A DNA stretch of 64,000 nt from the human T2T-CHM13v2.0 reference genome, Homo sapiens, in assembly GCF_009914755.1 (NCBI RefSeq), contig NC_060926.1; one strand, given 5' to 3'. Positions 15,006 to 32,579 of this stretch are shown piece by piece (position 1 is the stretch's first letter; each line of letters begins with the position of its first letter). The notes under the pieces were generated by a model, which did not search any database, was not told where the DNA came from, and was given only the letters and a program-made list of their open reading frames with translations. Made by a program: the position numbers and the translations under genes.

Positions 15006-16022
15006 ATGGGGAAAAAACAGAACAGAAAAACTGAAAATTCTAACAATCAGAGCACCTCTCCTCCTCCAAAGGAACCCAGCTCCTCACCAGCAACAGAATA
15101 AAGCTGGACGGAGAATGACTTTGATGAGTTGAGAGAAGAAGGCTTCAGACGATCAAACTACTCCGAGCTAAAGGAGGAAGTTCAAACCCATGTCAAAGAA
15201 GTTAAAAAACTTGAAAAAAGATTAGCCGAATGGATAACTAGAATAACCAATGCAGAGAAGTCCTTAAAGGACCTGATGGAGCTGAAAACCAAGGCACGAG
15301 AGCTACGTGATGAATGCACAAGCCTCAGTAGCCAATGTGATCAACTGGAAGAAAGGGGATTAGTGATGGAAGATCAAATGAATGAAATGAAGCGAGAAGA
15401 GAAGTTTAGCGAAAAAAGAATAAAAAGAAACGAACAAAGCCTCCAAGAAATATGGGACTATGTGAAAAGACCAAATCTACGTCGGATAGGCGTACCTGAA
15501 AGTAACGGGGAGAAGGGAACCAAGTTGGAAAACACTCTGCAGGATATTATCCAGGAGAACTTCCCCAATCTAGCAAGGCAGGCCAACATTCAAATTCAGG
15601 AAATACAGAGAATGCCACAAAGATACTCCTCGAGAGGAGCAACTCCAAGACACATAATTGTCAGATTCACCAAACTTGAAATGAAGGAAAAAATGTTAAG
15701 TGCAGCCAGAGAGAAAGGTCGGGTTACCCACAAAGGGAAGCCCATCAGACTAACAGCGGATCTCTCAGCAGAAACTCTACAAGCCAGAAGAGAGTGGGGG
15801 CCAATATTCAACATTCTTAAAGAAAAGAATTTTCAACCCAGAATTTCATATCCAGCCAAACTAAGCTTTATAAGTGAAGGAGAAATAAAATACTTTACAG
15901 ATAAGCAAATGCTGAGAGATTTTGTCACCACCAGGCTTGCCCTACAAGAGCTCCTGAAGGAAGCACTAAACATGGAAAGGAACCACCGGTACCAGCCACT
16001 GCAAAAACATGACAAATTGTAA
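15006..16022 (+). pseudogene. ORF1: L1 ORF1p (p40 RNA-binding chaperone), full 338-codon span with one nonsense codon
   Basis: ATGGGGAAAAAACAG at 15006; TAA at codon 32 (15099-15101); open from there to 16022. Contains SLQEIWDYVKRPNLR, TPRHIIVRF, ARREWG and YPAKLS. Confidence 0.92.
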
Positions 16023-16085
16023 AGACCATTGATGCTAGGAAGAAACTGCATCAACTAACGAGCAAAATAACCAGCTAACATCATG

Positions 16086-19298
<3,213 letters not shown>

Positions 19299-22033
19299 AT
19301 TTTTTTTTTTTCAACTGGGAAATGATTCTAATCGTCGGCTTGAACTCCAGGCCCAAATTTCAGAATGACTTTTCTTGGTATATACATACCTTAAACATCC
19401 CCACCTGAGTGCTGAATGTAAATTCCTAAACAAAACACCTGTTAAACAGAAAATCACTTAGGTACAGATAAATGAATTATTTCAAGTACATTGTGCCACA
19501 AAGCTCTATCAACTATATTCCCTTGTACAGGGAATTAAATTTGAAAGAGGTAAAGAATAATGGTGAATGCTAGAGAAAGCTATGAAAAATTGGTGTATGT
19601 TTTCAGTTTCATCGCATTTTTCACCCTTGAACTTAAAAGGGATTTATCCATGTGTAAAAACAATACCTCAGATTCACATTTACTGACGTTGAGTTGAATT
19701 TTTACAATCCAAAAACCAAACCAGGTGAGAATATCAGACTTTACAAAAGTTAAATAAATACTTGAGAAGAAAAGTGATTTTATACATGAAAATACATTCT
19801 CTTGTCAATCTTAGTATCTGTAGATTATAAGAAATATAATATTTCATTTTGAAATCAAGGCTTCATACTATTTTCACCTGGGACACTTTACAAAAGATGT
19901 TCTGTGTTCCTTGATGTTGTGGTACGGACCCATAATTTGTATGCTCATGATATGTTCCTCTCAGTTTACTTCTGCTGTACTTATGCAACAAGTAATCAGA
20001 GGGGAGGGTTCACTTTACCTCACAATTTGCATTAACAAGACAGATGTGTTGAGTGACATTGCTTGACATTGGTGTTTAAGTTGTTGTTTATCAGTGGAAG
20101 ACACAAGATGTAGCCAGGTATGGTAAACATTGATGGCTCCCAGGAGAGAAAATGACTGTCAGCGAAGTTAAAAGGAGCAGTGCAAACTCAAAAAGGACAA
20201 AGATTCTATAGTGATAATGCAGAATAAAATAGATACTAATAAAACAAACCAAAGTGAGCAGCTGTTACATATATATGTATGCATACACATTTATCATTAT
20301 AATACCCCATTAGAAGAGTTTCATTTGCATCTATGAAATCTAGCTATAAAATGACTCTCTGATTAGAAAGCTTTTCATAAGAGAATGCAAAAGTCTAAAA
20401 ATGATTCTTATAAGTTGCATTCTTTTTGAACAACATTCCAAGTATCAAATACTACTGTAATGCATCAGTGATGGCACACAATTATATTTAAGCCTCAAGG
20501 CACAATGAAAGTGCTAAAAGGTTTAATCAAGTAGACAGTATTAGAGCATGTTTCTCAGCAATGTCTCCCTTTACAATCTCTTATGCTTGTGCAGATCCCT
20601 ACAGTGGTGTTTATCTGACTCTTCTCCATCTCTGAAATGCCCAGTGATTTTCCCAGAATGATCTTATTTAGGTTGACACACTTTAGGGGCTGATTCTGCT
20701 CTCAGTTTGATCCTGTTAGGAGTGTTTACACAAGAGAGCCTATTGTGATCTTCTCAGGGACATTTATTTTTCATTAACTTTACTTGCTTGATTAAAATAA
20801 AAATTGATTTATGTTTTTGATTTCTCAGGCTATATTAATTAGCAGGCCTAGTTCTAGAAGATGGTAGCTATATAGTTTTATCTCAAAGTCTCTTGGATGC
20901 TTAGGGACTTGGAAAAAAAGGAAGCCATTGCTATTATATAAGTGACATATTTGCAATATTGTTCTTATTAATAGATAATTATTTTTGAAGTTTTGAACAC
21001 TTTTAGAATTAACATAGCAATTTGGGATATTTTGGGGATGCTCCTAATATATTTAGCAATTTAATGAGACTTACATTAGAACCCAAACAGTTGGATAGTC
21101 ATATATTTGCTGAATGATCATTCTAATTTGAGTGTTTTTCAGCATTTGAGTGAAATTGCCAATGGATATAATAAAACTAGAATACAGTACTTTCTGTTAA
21201 CTGAACATCCTAAGGTGTTTACAAGTTTTTACAATGTATACATCATCATAGTAAAATTAATAAGAAGCACAAAATCAAAAGGAATTTTTAAGGAAGAAAA
21301 ACATTTAGAAATTGTATGGTTGTTCTGACATTTTACCCCATGTGATTCTATGGAAGTCAGCATGCAGTCTGTAATTACGTACCCTTAAAATCAAGTATAA
21401 TAAGAAATAATTTCCATGCAAGGTCATTTCTTGTCATGAAGAAAGTTGAGCAAGAAATAAGAATATATTACTGCTGATGTTCACAGGGGGTAACCAAAAT
21501 CCTGTATCCAAATATCTATAGAGAGAACAATAAATTCATTAGCAGTTGTCAAAAAGTGGTCTGAGTCTTACATTCATTTTTTCTTTGTTTCATAATGAAG
21601 TATTATCAAGTAACTAATCAGGAATCAAACTGATTTTAGTAATTGCCACCTTGATAATTTCTGTGTAATGCTGGTGGGTCAGCTAATTCCAGGTCATGGT
21701 AATCTTAGAGGTGGATAATTGGGTACTATTATTATTGCATTTACTCAAGACTACAAATGGTTGATTTAGTGTAATAAAAAGACTATATGCACTGAAAAGG
21801 AATCATGTTACAGGTATTTGGTCATACTGTTGTTATCTGGAAGATTTCCTGGTAACCAGCATAGTAAAACTATTTCCTTCCTGATCTTCAAAAAATCTTA
21901 CTTTTGCAAAAGTGATATTAGCAGACTAAAACAATCTACAGAACTCAATCTCAGACTCTGCTTGGCCAGAATTACACTTTATTTTATAAACAGAGAAAAA
22001 ATGTATTTCAGGAAGGTTTGAAAATAAAAATGA

Positions 22034-22351
<318 letters not shown>

Positions 22352-22689
22352 GAAAATACAAATGAACTAATAGAATAGTGATTCAAATGTCTGTGTCACT
22401 TTGGCTAGGGGGATAAATGCTGTGCTTGCTTGGTTACAGTTTCCAAGCTTCCCTACTAACTTGTATCTGTTGCTTAAATATTATAAAAATAAAGAATATT
22501 TTACAAGTTGAATTAATTATCAAAGCTTTCACTCCCCTAACATGCTAACTCTGTGCTAATTCCTCTGTGAGCCTTAACATTTTCAAATGCTGTATTATGG
22601 TGTCATTCTATTGATTTTCAGTTCCATTTTCAGACCTCACAATCCAAAAAACAGGATTTTCTGACTTTTATAAATAACTAAATTGATGT

Positions 22690-23470
22690 AGCTATTGCCT
22701 TCACTATATCACCTCTATCTAGCCATTTCCTTCTGTCTCAGCAGCCACAAGTTTTATCCTAGCCCTTGCTATCTGTTACCACAAATATACCAGTGACCTT
22801 GCAGATCTTTGTTGTTGGTCATCCTATTATCTTTATTATATATCGTTGTCCAAGATTTCTGTAACAACTTTCTCTGGAACTTTATTTCCTCTCTTCAGAA
22901 CAATAAACTGATTCCCGAAATGGTGCTACCTAATAAAAACTCTGATTCCTTTCAGGTTTGCCTTTAACCTTGTCTATACATATACTTTCTTACCCATTAA
23001 ACAATTTTGTTAGGATTGGATTGTGTATGAATACCTGGCTAGGCCTAAGTGGTCTTTCAAGTTATTAGGAATAAAGCTATTTGAAAAATACACCTCTTTC
23101 CTGATCAAGAACATTATTTATCAACTAGACCCATTCTACCATCTGTAGCTCATTGTTCATTACTTTTCTAAATACAAATCAATTTCAGGCTTCCTAACCT
23201 TAGTCTACAACCCCATCTTTCCTCTCTTCTTGACCTTTACTGATAGTCCTTCATTCTTTAGATGGTTTCTAAACCCTTGCTCTCTTTGAAGCACAATGGA
23301 ACAGAGCCATTCTTTCTAAATGATCATAAGTTATTTTCCAACTCTAATTACTTTAACACTACTTAAGTTATATTTTCTAGTATTCTCTCACATGTCTACA
23401 AACTAATGTCCCTAGAATTCAAAAGACAGAAGTGAGCCAGTGCAAAGGAACTTAAATATTTATGTTGATG
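22690..23470 (+). mobile_element. Highly degraded L2 fragment
   Basis: Pyrimidine-rich L2-like body ending in a tail-like GGAACTTAAATATTTATGTTGATG. Confidence 0.4.
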
Positions 23471-24004
23471 TCCTAACTCTCCAGGTCTTGCAGGTAATTA
23501 TCTATTGTTACTCTTATTGTGTAACAGTAAGCCAGTAGTCTTTAAACTTTTATTGTAGATAAAAATTTACTCCTCTAAATAAGGAAGCATTATGTAAAAT
23601 GCAGAATTTCTGACCCACCTCTTGAGATTGCTGTCTCAGAATCTGTATATTAAATGGCACAGCCAATACTACTCTTAGAAAGCCACACCTAATAACACTT
23701 GGTATCTGTTGGAGGAAGATGAGACACAAAGGAACAACTTCACATTTAATGTATATAGAGTGCTTGAATGAGTATAGCATACATGTTGGTATACACACAT
23801 TTTACTTGCTTGTTTTGGTACATGCTGAGTCAGTTTGCTGCCTCATTTCCCATTATAATTATATTTTCCATACAAAGAGGGGATAGTACTTCATCTCAGA
23901 AAAAAAACCTGATGTCACAGTGTACTACATACACAGTGGGATTTTAATGCTGTGATTTTACTAGTTACTTTTGTGTTTTGTTGAACAACTTCTTTGTACC
24001 AAAC

Positions 24005-24195
24005 CTATTTAATGTGGTTTACAAATATTTTCTCAAATTGACATAAGAACCTTGTAAGGTAAGTCTAAGTGCATTCCATATTATAGACAAAGAAATTGAA
24101 ACCCATAGAGGCTCATGAACATATCTGTGAGCAAACATCTAATAAGTGGCTGAGCTAAAATCTAAATTTGACTCCTGATCCCATGCTTTTCTCCA
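24005..24195 (-). mobile_element. MIR SINE
   Basis: AAGAACCTTGTAAGGTAAG...CCATATTATAGACAAAGAAATTGAAACCCATAGAGG...TAATAAGTGGCTGAGCT. Confidence 0.7.
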
Positions 24196-24395
24196 TAATG
24201 TCAGATAGCTGATTTTGTTTGATTGACTGTCTTGTTAGATGAATTATAAATTTGCATTAGGGCTTTATTTGGATAAAGTATTTTAAGTCATCATATCAAT
24301 TTATCTTTGGTTTTAGAAAAAATATAGACAAAAATATTTAGCATGGCAAATCATAACCAAGAGAATTTCAAATACTGTCCTATGATTTTGTTTTT

Positions 24396-24853
24396 TGTGG
24401 TTATCACACTTGAAAGTGACCCCATGAACTCTGTCTCCTCGAATTCATGCCTTTGTGTATCATCTTCCCTATGATTCTAATCAATGGTATGTATTGATCA
24501 TGTTTAGGTGATTACATAAGATTGTATTTCCTATATTGCTAGAATTTCTTTCTGTTGCTTGCTTTGAAGAAGAAAGTTTTTTGTTTTGTTTTGTTTTGTT
24601 TTTATGAATCCTACAGTTTCAAGAAAAGGAATTCTGTCAATAATCTTAGGAAGTTTGAAAACAGATTCTTCCTCAGTCAAGCTCTGATGAGACCTCAGCC
24701 CTGGTGATCACTTTCAGCCTGTGACCCTTTAGCAAGTGACCCAATTAAGCCATGCCTGGTCTCCCGACTCACAGAAACTGAGATAATAAATGTATGTTGT
24801 TTTCAGCCATTAAGTCTGTGGTAATTTGTTATGCAGCCATAGAAGACTAATAT
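24396..24853 (+). mobile_element. MLT1 (MLT1E/F-like) MaLR solo LTR
   Basis: 3' end ACAGAAACTGAGATAATAAATGTATGTTGTTTTCAGCCATTAAGTCTGTGGTAATTTGTTATGCAGCCATAGAAGACTAATA. Confidence 0.8.
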
Positions 24854-25427
24854 GGTTTTGATTTATTTTTATCCTTGGAGTCTAATTATTGATTACCTAA
24901 CCAGATACTGAGTTTTTCTCTTTTCAGCATATGTAAATTGAGATAGCATTTTTTCCCATGTCTTAAAACCATTATATGAATGAAAATGCCTATGTTTTAT
25001 TTGGATATGGGAAATCATTAATTTTTCTCTTTTTAATCCTTTTAACCCCGATAAAACCCTCATTAATTGAATAGACTAAGCATAACTCTTTGCCTCAGTG
25101 AGCCTGTTCTACATTAGCTAATTTTTTTTACTTTATGTTTTCCTGCTGTGTTTTAAAAATGTTTTATCAGCATCTAGTAAATGTGTGCATAATACTTTTT
25201 ATTGTCATTTAAGGTTACACACATTTCCTCAAGTTTATTAAACTAGAGCTTTAGTATTTTATGATACTTGGGTTTATGATTATAGATTTTAAATGACTGA
25301 GAGAGAAGAGACCATCGACAATGAAGTCTTGATGTCTACCAACCTTTCTTGTGTCCCCACCATTTCTCCAAAATCTCCCCAGAAGAATATGAGGTTTAAT
25401 ATCTAAATAAAATGTAGGTAGAACATT

Positions 25428-25948
25428 GTGTTATTTTGAGTTCTCTAGAGATAACCAATTATATGCATATAATTGGCTATATATATAATTTCACATATAT
25501 ATAAAATAAGGTAAGGTATTAGCTCATGTGATTATAGAGGCTGAGAAGTCCCCAATCTATTCCCACAATCTGTCATTTGCAAGCTGTAGACCAAGGAAAG
25601 CTGGTGGTATAGTTCAAAGGCCTGAGAGCCAAAGAGTCAATGGTAGATTCAAGTCCAGGTCTAAAGACCTGAGAACCAGGAGCACTGAGGGCAGGAGATC
25701 AATGTCCCAGCTCAAGCAATTAGACACAGAACAAATTTAACCTTACTCTACCCTTATATTCTAGTTAGACCTTCAACAAATTGGATTATATCCACATACA
25801 CTGAGAAGGGCCATCTTCTTTTCCCAGTTCACCAATTCAAATGCAAATCTTTTCTGGAAATACTCTTACAGACACACCCAGAAATAATGTTTAGTCAGCT
25901 ATCTGGGTATCCCATGGCCCAGTCAAGTAGACACATAAAAGTAACCAT
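25428..25948 (-). mobile_element. MLT2 (ERVL) solo LTR
   Basis: GCTCATGTGATTATAGAGGCTGAGAAGTCC...ACAGACACACCCAGAAATAATGTTTA...CCCAGTCAAGTAGACACATAAAAGTAACCAT. Confidence 0.85.
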
Positions 25949-27077
25949 TTAGTAAGTATACACACATGTATTTGCTATGCATAAACCCTGTATATTTTTA
26001 CAGAGTCAATCTTCAGTCTTGGGAAAGGCTGCTGGGTAAATTTAAGAAAAAATTAAATTGCCCAGCAAAATGAGAAAATACAAAAATTTTTAATATTTTT
26101 ATCCTACCATCTTATTTTTTTAAAAGTCCTCTTTATATAACTTCTAAGTTTTATACTTCTAAATTGTGAAGTGATCACATCAACATTCATACCCTCCCTA
26201 TATTATGTGCAAAAATAGAATTCCAATGTATAAAGAATTTTTTTCAACTTTTATCTTAGAGTCAGGAGGTACATGTGCAGGTTTGTTACCTAGGCATATT
26301 GTGTGATGCTTAGGTTTGGAGTACAAATGAATCTGTAAAAAAGTAGTGAGCATAGTACCCAGTAGGTAGTTTCTTTCAATCCTACCTCTCTCCCTCCTTC
26401 CCTCTCTTATATTCCACAATGTCTATTATTCCCATTTTTATGACCACGTGTACCTAATATTAAGCCCCAACTTACAAGTGACAACATGTGGTACTTGGTT
26501 TTTTGTTTCAAATTTAGTTAGCTTAGGATAAAGGCTGCCAGGTACATCCCTATTGCTATAAAGGACATTATTTTATTCTTTTTTATGGCTGTGTAGTACT
26601 CCACAGTGTTTGTTTATCACATTTTCTTTGTCCAAACATTTGTTGGTAATTACCTGAGTTGATTCCATGTTTTTGCTACTGTGAAGAGGGCGTGATAAAT
26701 ATAGGTGCATACGCATTTTTGGTAGAATGATTTTGTATTCCTTTGGGTGTATACCCAGTAGTGAGATTGCTGGGTCAAATGGTGGTTCTAAATTATTTGA
26801 GAAATTGCAAAATTGTTTTCTGCAGTGGCTGAACTAATTTACATTTCTACCAAAAGAGGATGTTTCCTTTTTTTCCACAGCCTTGCCAACATTTGTTGTT
26901 TTTTTGACATTTTAGTAATAGCCATTCTGTCTGGCATGACATGGTATCTCATTGCGGTTTTGATTTGAATTTCTCTGATGATTAGTGATGTTGAGCACTT
27001 TTTTCAAGTTTGTTGGCCATTTATATATCTTCTTTTGAGCAGTGTCTTTTCATGTCTTTTGCTCTCTTTTTAATAGC

Positions 27078-27115
<38 letters not shown>

Positions 27116-27707
27116 CTTATTGATTTGTTTAAGCTCCTTACATGTTCTGGACATTAGACCTTTGTCAGATACAGTTTGTAAATATTTTCTGCTGTTATGT
27201 AGGTTTTTTGCTTACTCGGTGGATAGTTTTTTTTTTTTTTCTTTCTTTTTGCTGTGTTCTTTAGTTTAATCAGGTCTCATTCAACAATTCTTATTTTTGC
27301 TCAATTGCTCTGAGGACTTAGCCATAAATTATTTGCCAATGCTGATATTGAGAAGGATATTTCTTGGTTTTCTCACAGAAGTTTTATAGTTTGAGGCATT
27401 ACATTTATGTCTTTAATCCATCTTGAGTTAATTTTGGTACATGGTGATGGGTAGAAGTCTAGTTTCATTATTCTGTATATGCATAGCCCACTAGCCAGAA
27501 CCATTTATTGAATAGGGAGTCTTCTTCCCATTGCTTATTTTTGTCAACTTTGCCAAAGATCAGATGGTTGCAGGTATGCTACTTTATTTCTGGGTTCTCT
27601 ATACTATTTCATTGGTCTCTGTGTCTGTTTTTGAACTAGTACCATGACATTTTAGTTACTGTAGCCTGGTAGTATAGTTTGAAGATGGGTACTGTGATGC
27701 CTACAGC

Positions 27708-27739
<32 letters not shown>

Positions 27740-30271
27740 TGCTTAGGATTGATTTGGCTATTGGGCTATTTTTTTGGTTCCATATGAATGTCAGAACAGT
27801 TTTTTTCTAATTCCTTGAAAAATGTCATTGGTAATTTGATAGAAATAGCATTGAATCTGTAAATTGCTTTGAGCAGTGTGGTCATTTTAATGATACTGAT
27901 TCTTTCAATTCATGAGCATGGAGTATTATTCTGTTTATTTGTGTCATCTCTGATTTCTTTTGGCAGTATTTTGTAATTCTCCTTGTGGAGATATTTTACC
28001 TTCTTGGTTAGCTGTATTCCCAGGTATTTTATTCTTTTTGTGGCTATTGTAAATGGGATTATGTTCTTGATTTGGCTCTCAGCTTGGATAGTATTTGTGT
28101 ATATTAATGCTACTAATTTTTGTACATTAATTTTTGTACATTAATTTTTTTATCCTGAAGTTTTACTGAAGTCATCAACTCTAGGAGCCTTTTGTTGGAG
28201 TCTTTAGGGTTCCCTAGTTGTAGAATCATATCATAAATGAAGAGAGATAGCGTGACTTCTTTTTCAATTTGTGTGCTTTTTATTTATCTTTCCTGATTTC
28301 TCTGGTGGCGACTGGCAGTACTATGCTGAATAGGAGTGGTGAGAGTAGGTATCCTTGTCTTGTTCCCGTTCTCAAGGGGAATACTTCCAACTTTTGCCTG
28401 TTTGGTATGATGTTGGCCATGGGTTTGTTATAGACGGCTGTTACTATTTTGAAGTGTGTACCTTCAATGTCTAGTTTCTTGAGGGTTTTTATCATGAAGC
28501 AGTCTTGGATTTTATCAAAAGATTTTTCTGCATCTGTTGAGAGGTTGTTGTTTTTAATTCTCTTTATGTGGTGAATCACATTGATTTACATATGTTGAGC
28601 CAAACTTGCATCCTAGAAATGAAGACTATTTGAGCAAAGTGAATTAATTTTTGATGTACTGTTGAATTTGGTTTGCTAGCATTTTGTTGATGATTTTGGC
28701 ATCTATGCTCATCATAGATATTAGCCAGTAGTTTTTTTGTTGTTATTGTGTGTTTACAAGGCTTTGGTATCAGGCAAATAGAATGAATTAGGGATAAGTC
28801 ATTCCTCCTCAAATTTTTGGAATAATTCTAGTACCAGCTCTTCTTTGTACATCTGGTAGAATTTGGCTGTGAATCCATTTGGTCAAAAGTTTTTTTCTGT
28901 CGGTAGATTTTTTATTACTGATTCCATCTCAGAACTTGATATTTGTCTGTGCAGTGTTTAAATTTCTTCCTGACTCAGTCTTGGGGGGTTGTATGCTTTC
29001 AGGAATGTATCCATTTCCTCTAGATTTTCCAGATTGTGCAGAGGTATTCATAAAAGTCTCTGAGTATCATTTGTATTTTTGTGGGATCAACTGTACTGTC
29101 ACCTTTGTCATTTCTGATTTTGCTTATTTGGATCTTGTCTCTTTGTTCATCTATCTAGCAGTCTATAAATTTTGTTTATCTTTTCAAATACCTACTTTTG
29201 GTTTTATTGATTCTTTCTATGTATTTTTCGTTTTCAACTTCTTTCAGTTCTGCACTGATTTTAGTTATTTCTTTACTTCAGCTAGCTTTGGGCTTGTTTC
29301 ATTTTTGTTTTTCTAGTTCCTCTGGTGTAATATTTGATTGTTAATTTGAGATCTTTCTAACTTTTTGAGGTTGGTGTTTAGCATTATAAACATTCCTCTT
29401 AACACTTTTTTTTAACGCTACATCCTGGAGATTTTGGTATATTGTTTCTCTGTTTTCATTTATTTCAAATAATTATCTTGATTTTGTTATTTAAAAGTCA
29501 TTCAGTAGCAAATTGTTAATTTCCATGAACTCTGTAGTTTTGAGAGATATTCTTGGTATTGATTTCTATTTTTATTCCACTATGGTCGAGTATTGTTGGT
29601 ATGATTTCTTTTTTTTTTTTTGTATTCATTAAGATTCCCCCAAGGATCTCCTGTATGGCTTGTCTATGGGTTAGGAATTCTCTTAGTGCTTGCTTGTCTG
29701 GAAAAGCTGTTATTTCTCCTTTGCTTGTGAAGCTTAGTTTGGTGGGATATGAAATTCTTGGCTGGAATTTCTTTTCTTTAAGAATGCTGAAAACAGGACC
29801 ACGACCTCTCCTGGCTTATAAGGTTTCTGCTGAGAAGTCTGTTCTTAGCCTGATGGGTTTCCCTTTGTATATGATCTACTCTTTTTCTCTAACTACCATT
29901 AAGATTTTTTTCTTTAGCATTAACCTTAAATAGACTGGTGACTATATGCCTGTTGATCTTCATTATGTATAGTATCTCACGGGTATTCCCTGGATTTCTT
30001 GTCTCTGGATGTCTATTTTTAGCAAGATTAAAGAAGATTTCTTAAATTATTCCTTGAAATATATTTTCCAGGTTGTTTACACTTCTATTTCTCTCAGATA
30101 TGCCAATAATTTGTAGGTTTGGTAGCTTTACATACTTTTATATTTCTCAAAGACTTTTTTATTTTTTTAAATTCTTTTTATTTTTCTCTGAGTCTATCAG
30201 TTCAAAAGACCAATCTTCAAGCTCTGAGTGTCTTTCTTCTGCTTGGTCCATTCTATTGATGAAGCTTTTAA

Positions 30272-30596
<325 letters not shown>

Positions 30597-31369
30597 TAAG
30601 TGAGTTTTTTAAGCCTAGAAATTCTGATTCATTTCTTTTTAAGATGTTTATCTCTTCCTTCATTTCCTGGATTGCTTTAGGAGTGTCTTTGTTTGATTAT
30701 CAACCTTGTCTTGGATCTCATTCAGCTTCCTTGCAATCCATGGCTTGAATTATTTGTCATTTCTGAGTTTCCATTTCAGTTAGGGTGCATTGCTGAAGAG
30801 CTAGTACAATCCTTTCTTGGTGTCACTGCATTCAGATCTTTCATTTGGCCAGAATTCTTGCACTGGTTTCTTCTCATCTGGAGATCCTGGCACCTCTAAG
30901 TTTTGTAATTATTTTTATGTGGGTAGGATTTTTTCTTTTTCTTCCTTTCCCTACAATGTTATTATTATTTTCTTCTTTCTCTTTCCTTTCCTCTCTATTT
31001 CTAGGAGTTGTAAGGCATGCTGGTAGGGTCTCTTGGCTTTGTTTCTATAGCGCTATGCATTTCTTTCAGCAGATTTTATATTAGGCTGTGGAGTTTGACA
31101 TGTAAGCCCATGGATGGTGCTTATTGGTAAGAACAGACTGTGGCCAACGTGGCTGGGTATATTCATAATCCTTATTTACTGGCAGCTCTCTGTTGCCTCA
31201 GGCATTGGGATGATTTGTGGAATATACAGTAGTTTGAGCTCCCTGTTGTGCCCTAGGAGCAAGAGACTGAAGGGTGGGACCAAAACAGACAGGTTGACCT
31301 ATGGGTCCCCCATGCCAGGCAGAGGCACCAGCAACAAGGGGAGAATCCAGTGAGTAGCCACCAAGCACC

Positions 31370-32300
31370 CAAAGGTGTACCTAGGTGTGGAGGTAGGAAG
31401 CCACCTACCTCAGCTCCAAGTTCTCTGCACAGGAGTAAGGGATGGCCTAGATTTCTAATCTAGTAGAGTGGGTGCTCCAGATGTCTGGAGATCTGCCTGG
31501 GCATGTAGCAGAGTGGGTCCTGCTGCACCAATATTTCTGCACAGGAGGGGCTGGGCAACTCAGACTGCTGATTCAGGTGATCTTGTGCTCCAAATGTCTC
31601 GAAATATGCCTTGGTTTGGAGTGGAGAAGGCCTCACTACACCATAATCTACATTTGGGAAAAGTGGGGCAGCTCAGGCTGCTGAATCAGGCAAACAGGTG
31701 CTTCACAAGTCTGGAGATCAGCCTGGGCATGGAGCAATGAGGGCCTCTTTGCATCAGAAACTCTGCACAGAAGGGTGGGGCAGGTCAGATTGCTGATCCA
31801 GATGAGCAGTTCTCTGAATGACTGGATTTCTGCCTGAGCGTGGAGCAGAAATGATCCCCCAGCACCAAGCAACTCAGGCTGCTGGACTAAACAAGCAGGT
31901 GCTCTGAATGCCTGGAAATCTGCCTGGTTGTGTAGTAGAAAGGATTCCCCTGTGGCTGGATCTCTGCACAGGAAGGGTGGGACAGCTCAGCATGCTGATT
32001 CAGTCAAGGTAGTACTCCAAATGTATAGGATCTGCCTGGGAATGGAATAGAGAGGGCCCCCCACACCACAATTTATGTCCAGGAATGGTAGTGTGGCTCA
32101 AGCTGCTGAACCAGGGTAACAGGTGTTATGGATGCCTTGATATCTGCCTGGGCATGGAGCATAGAGCCCCACTGCACAATCTATGTCCAGGAAGGGTTGG
32201 GTAGCTCAGGCTGCTGGTCCAGGCAAGAACATGGTCCAAATTCCTGGATTTCTCTCTGGGGGTAGAGCAGAGGGGAGCCTCTACTGCACCATGATTTCCA
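31370..32300. repeat. Degenerate tandem array of ~111-bp units (8-9 copies) in the old L1 5'UTR
   Basis: A GGAGATCTGCCTGGGCATGGAGCAGAG-like motif recurs at ~31490, 31601, 31712, 31823, 31914, 32028, 32139 and 32245. Confidence 0.8.
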
Positions 32301-32579
32301 AGGAGCAGCATGGGCTACTCAGCAAAGTCACACACAGATGAGTTCCATGTCACCAAACTGGGCCTTGGTGCAAGTCTTGTTACCCAGGAGAAACCACAGC
32401 CGTAGGAGTTCTCTTCCTGCCCTAGGCCTGCTACAGGGAGGGCACAATTTTAGCCATACTGCTGAGGCACTTTCTGGCTGTGGAAGTCCCTACCCCACTC
32501 CAAAGCAGATACTCTAATCTCTGGTCTGAGACTAAAATGTTTGCACAGCCACACTGCCAGGTAACCAAGGAATGAATAA

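Noticed and set aside
20025-20040. OCT4-SOX2 composite element
   Set aside because: ATTTGCAT-TAACAAGA has one extra base and a poor SOX half-site compared with the canonical ATTTGCATAACAAWG.
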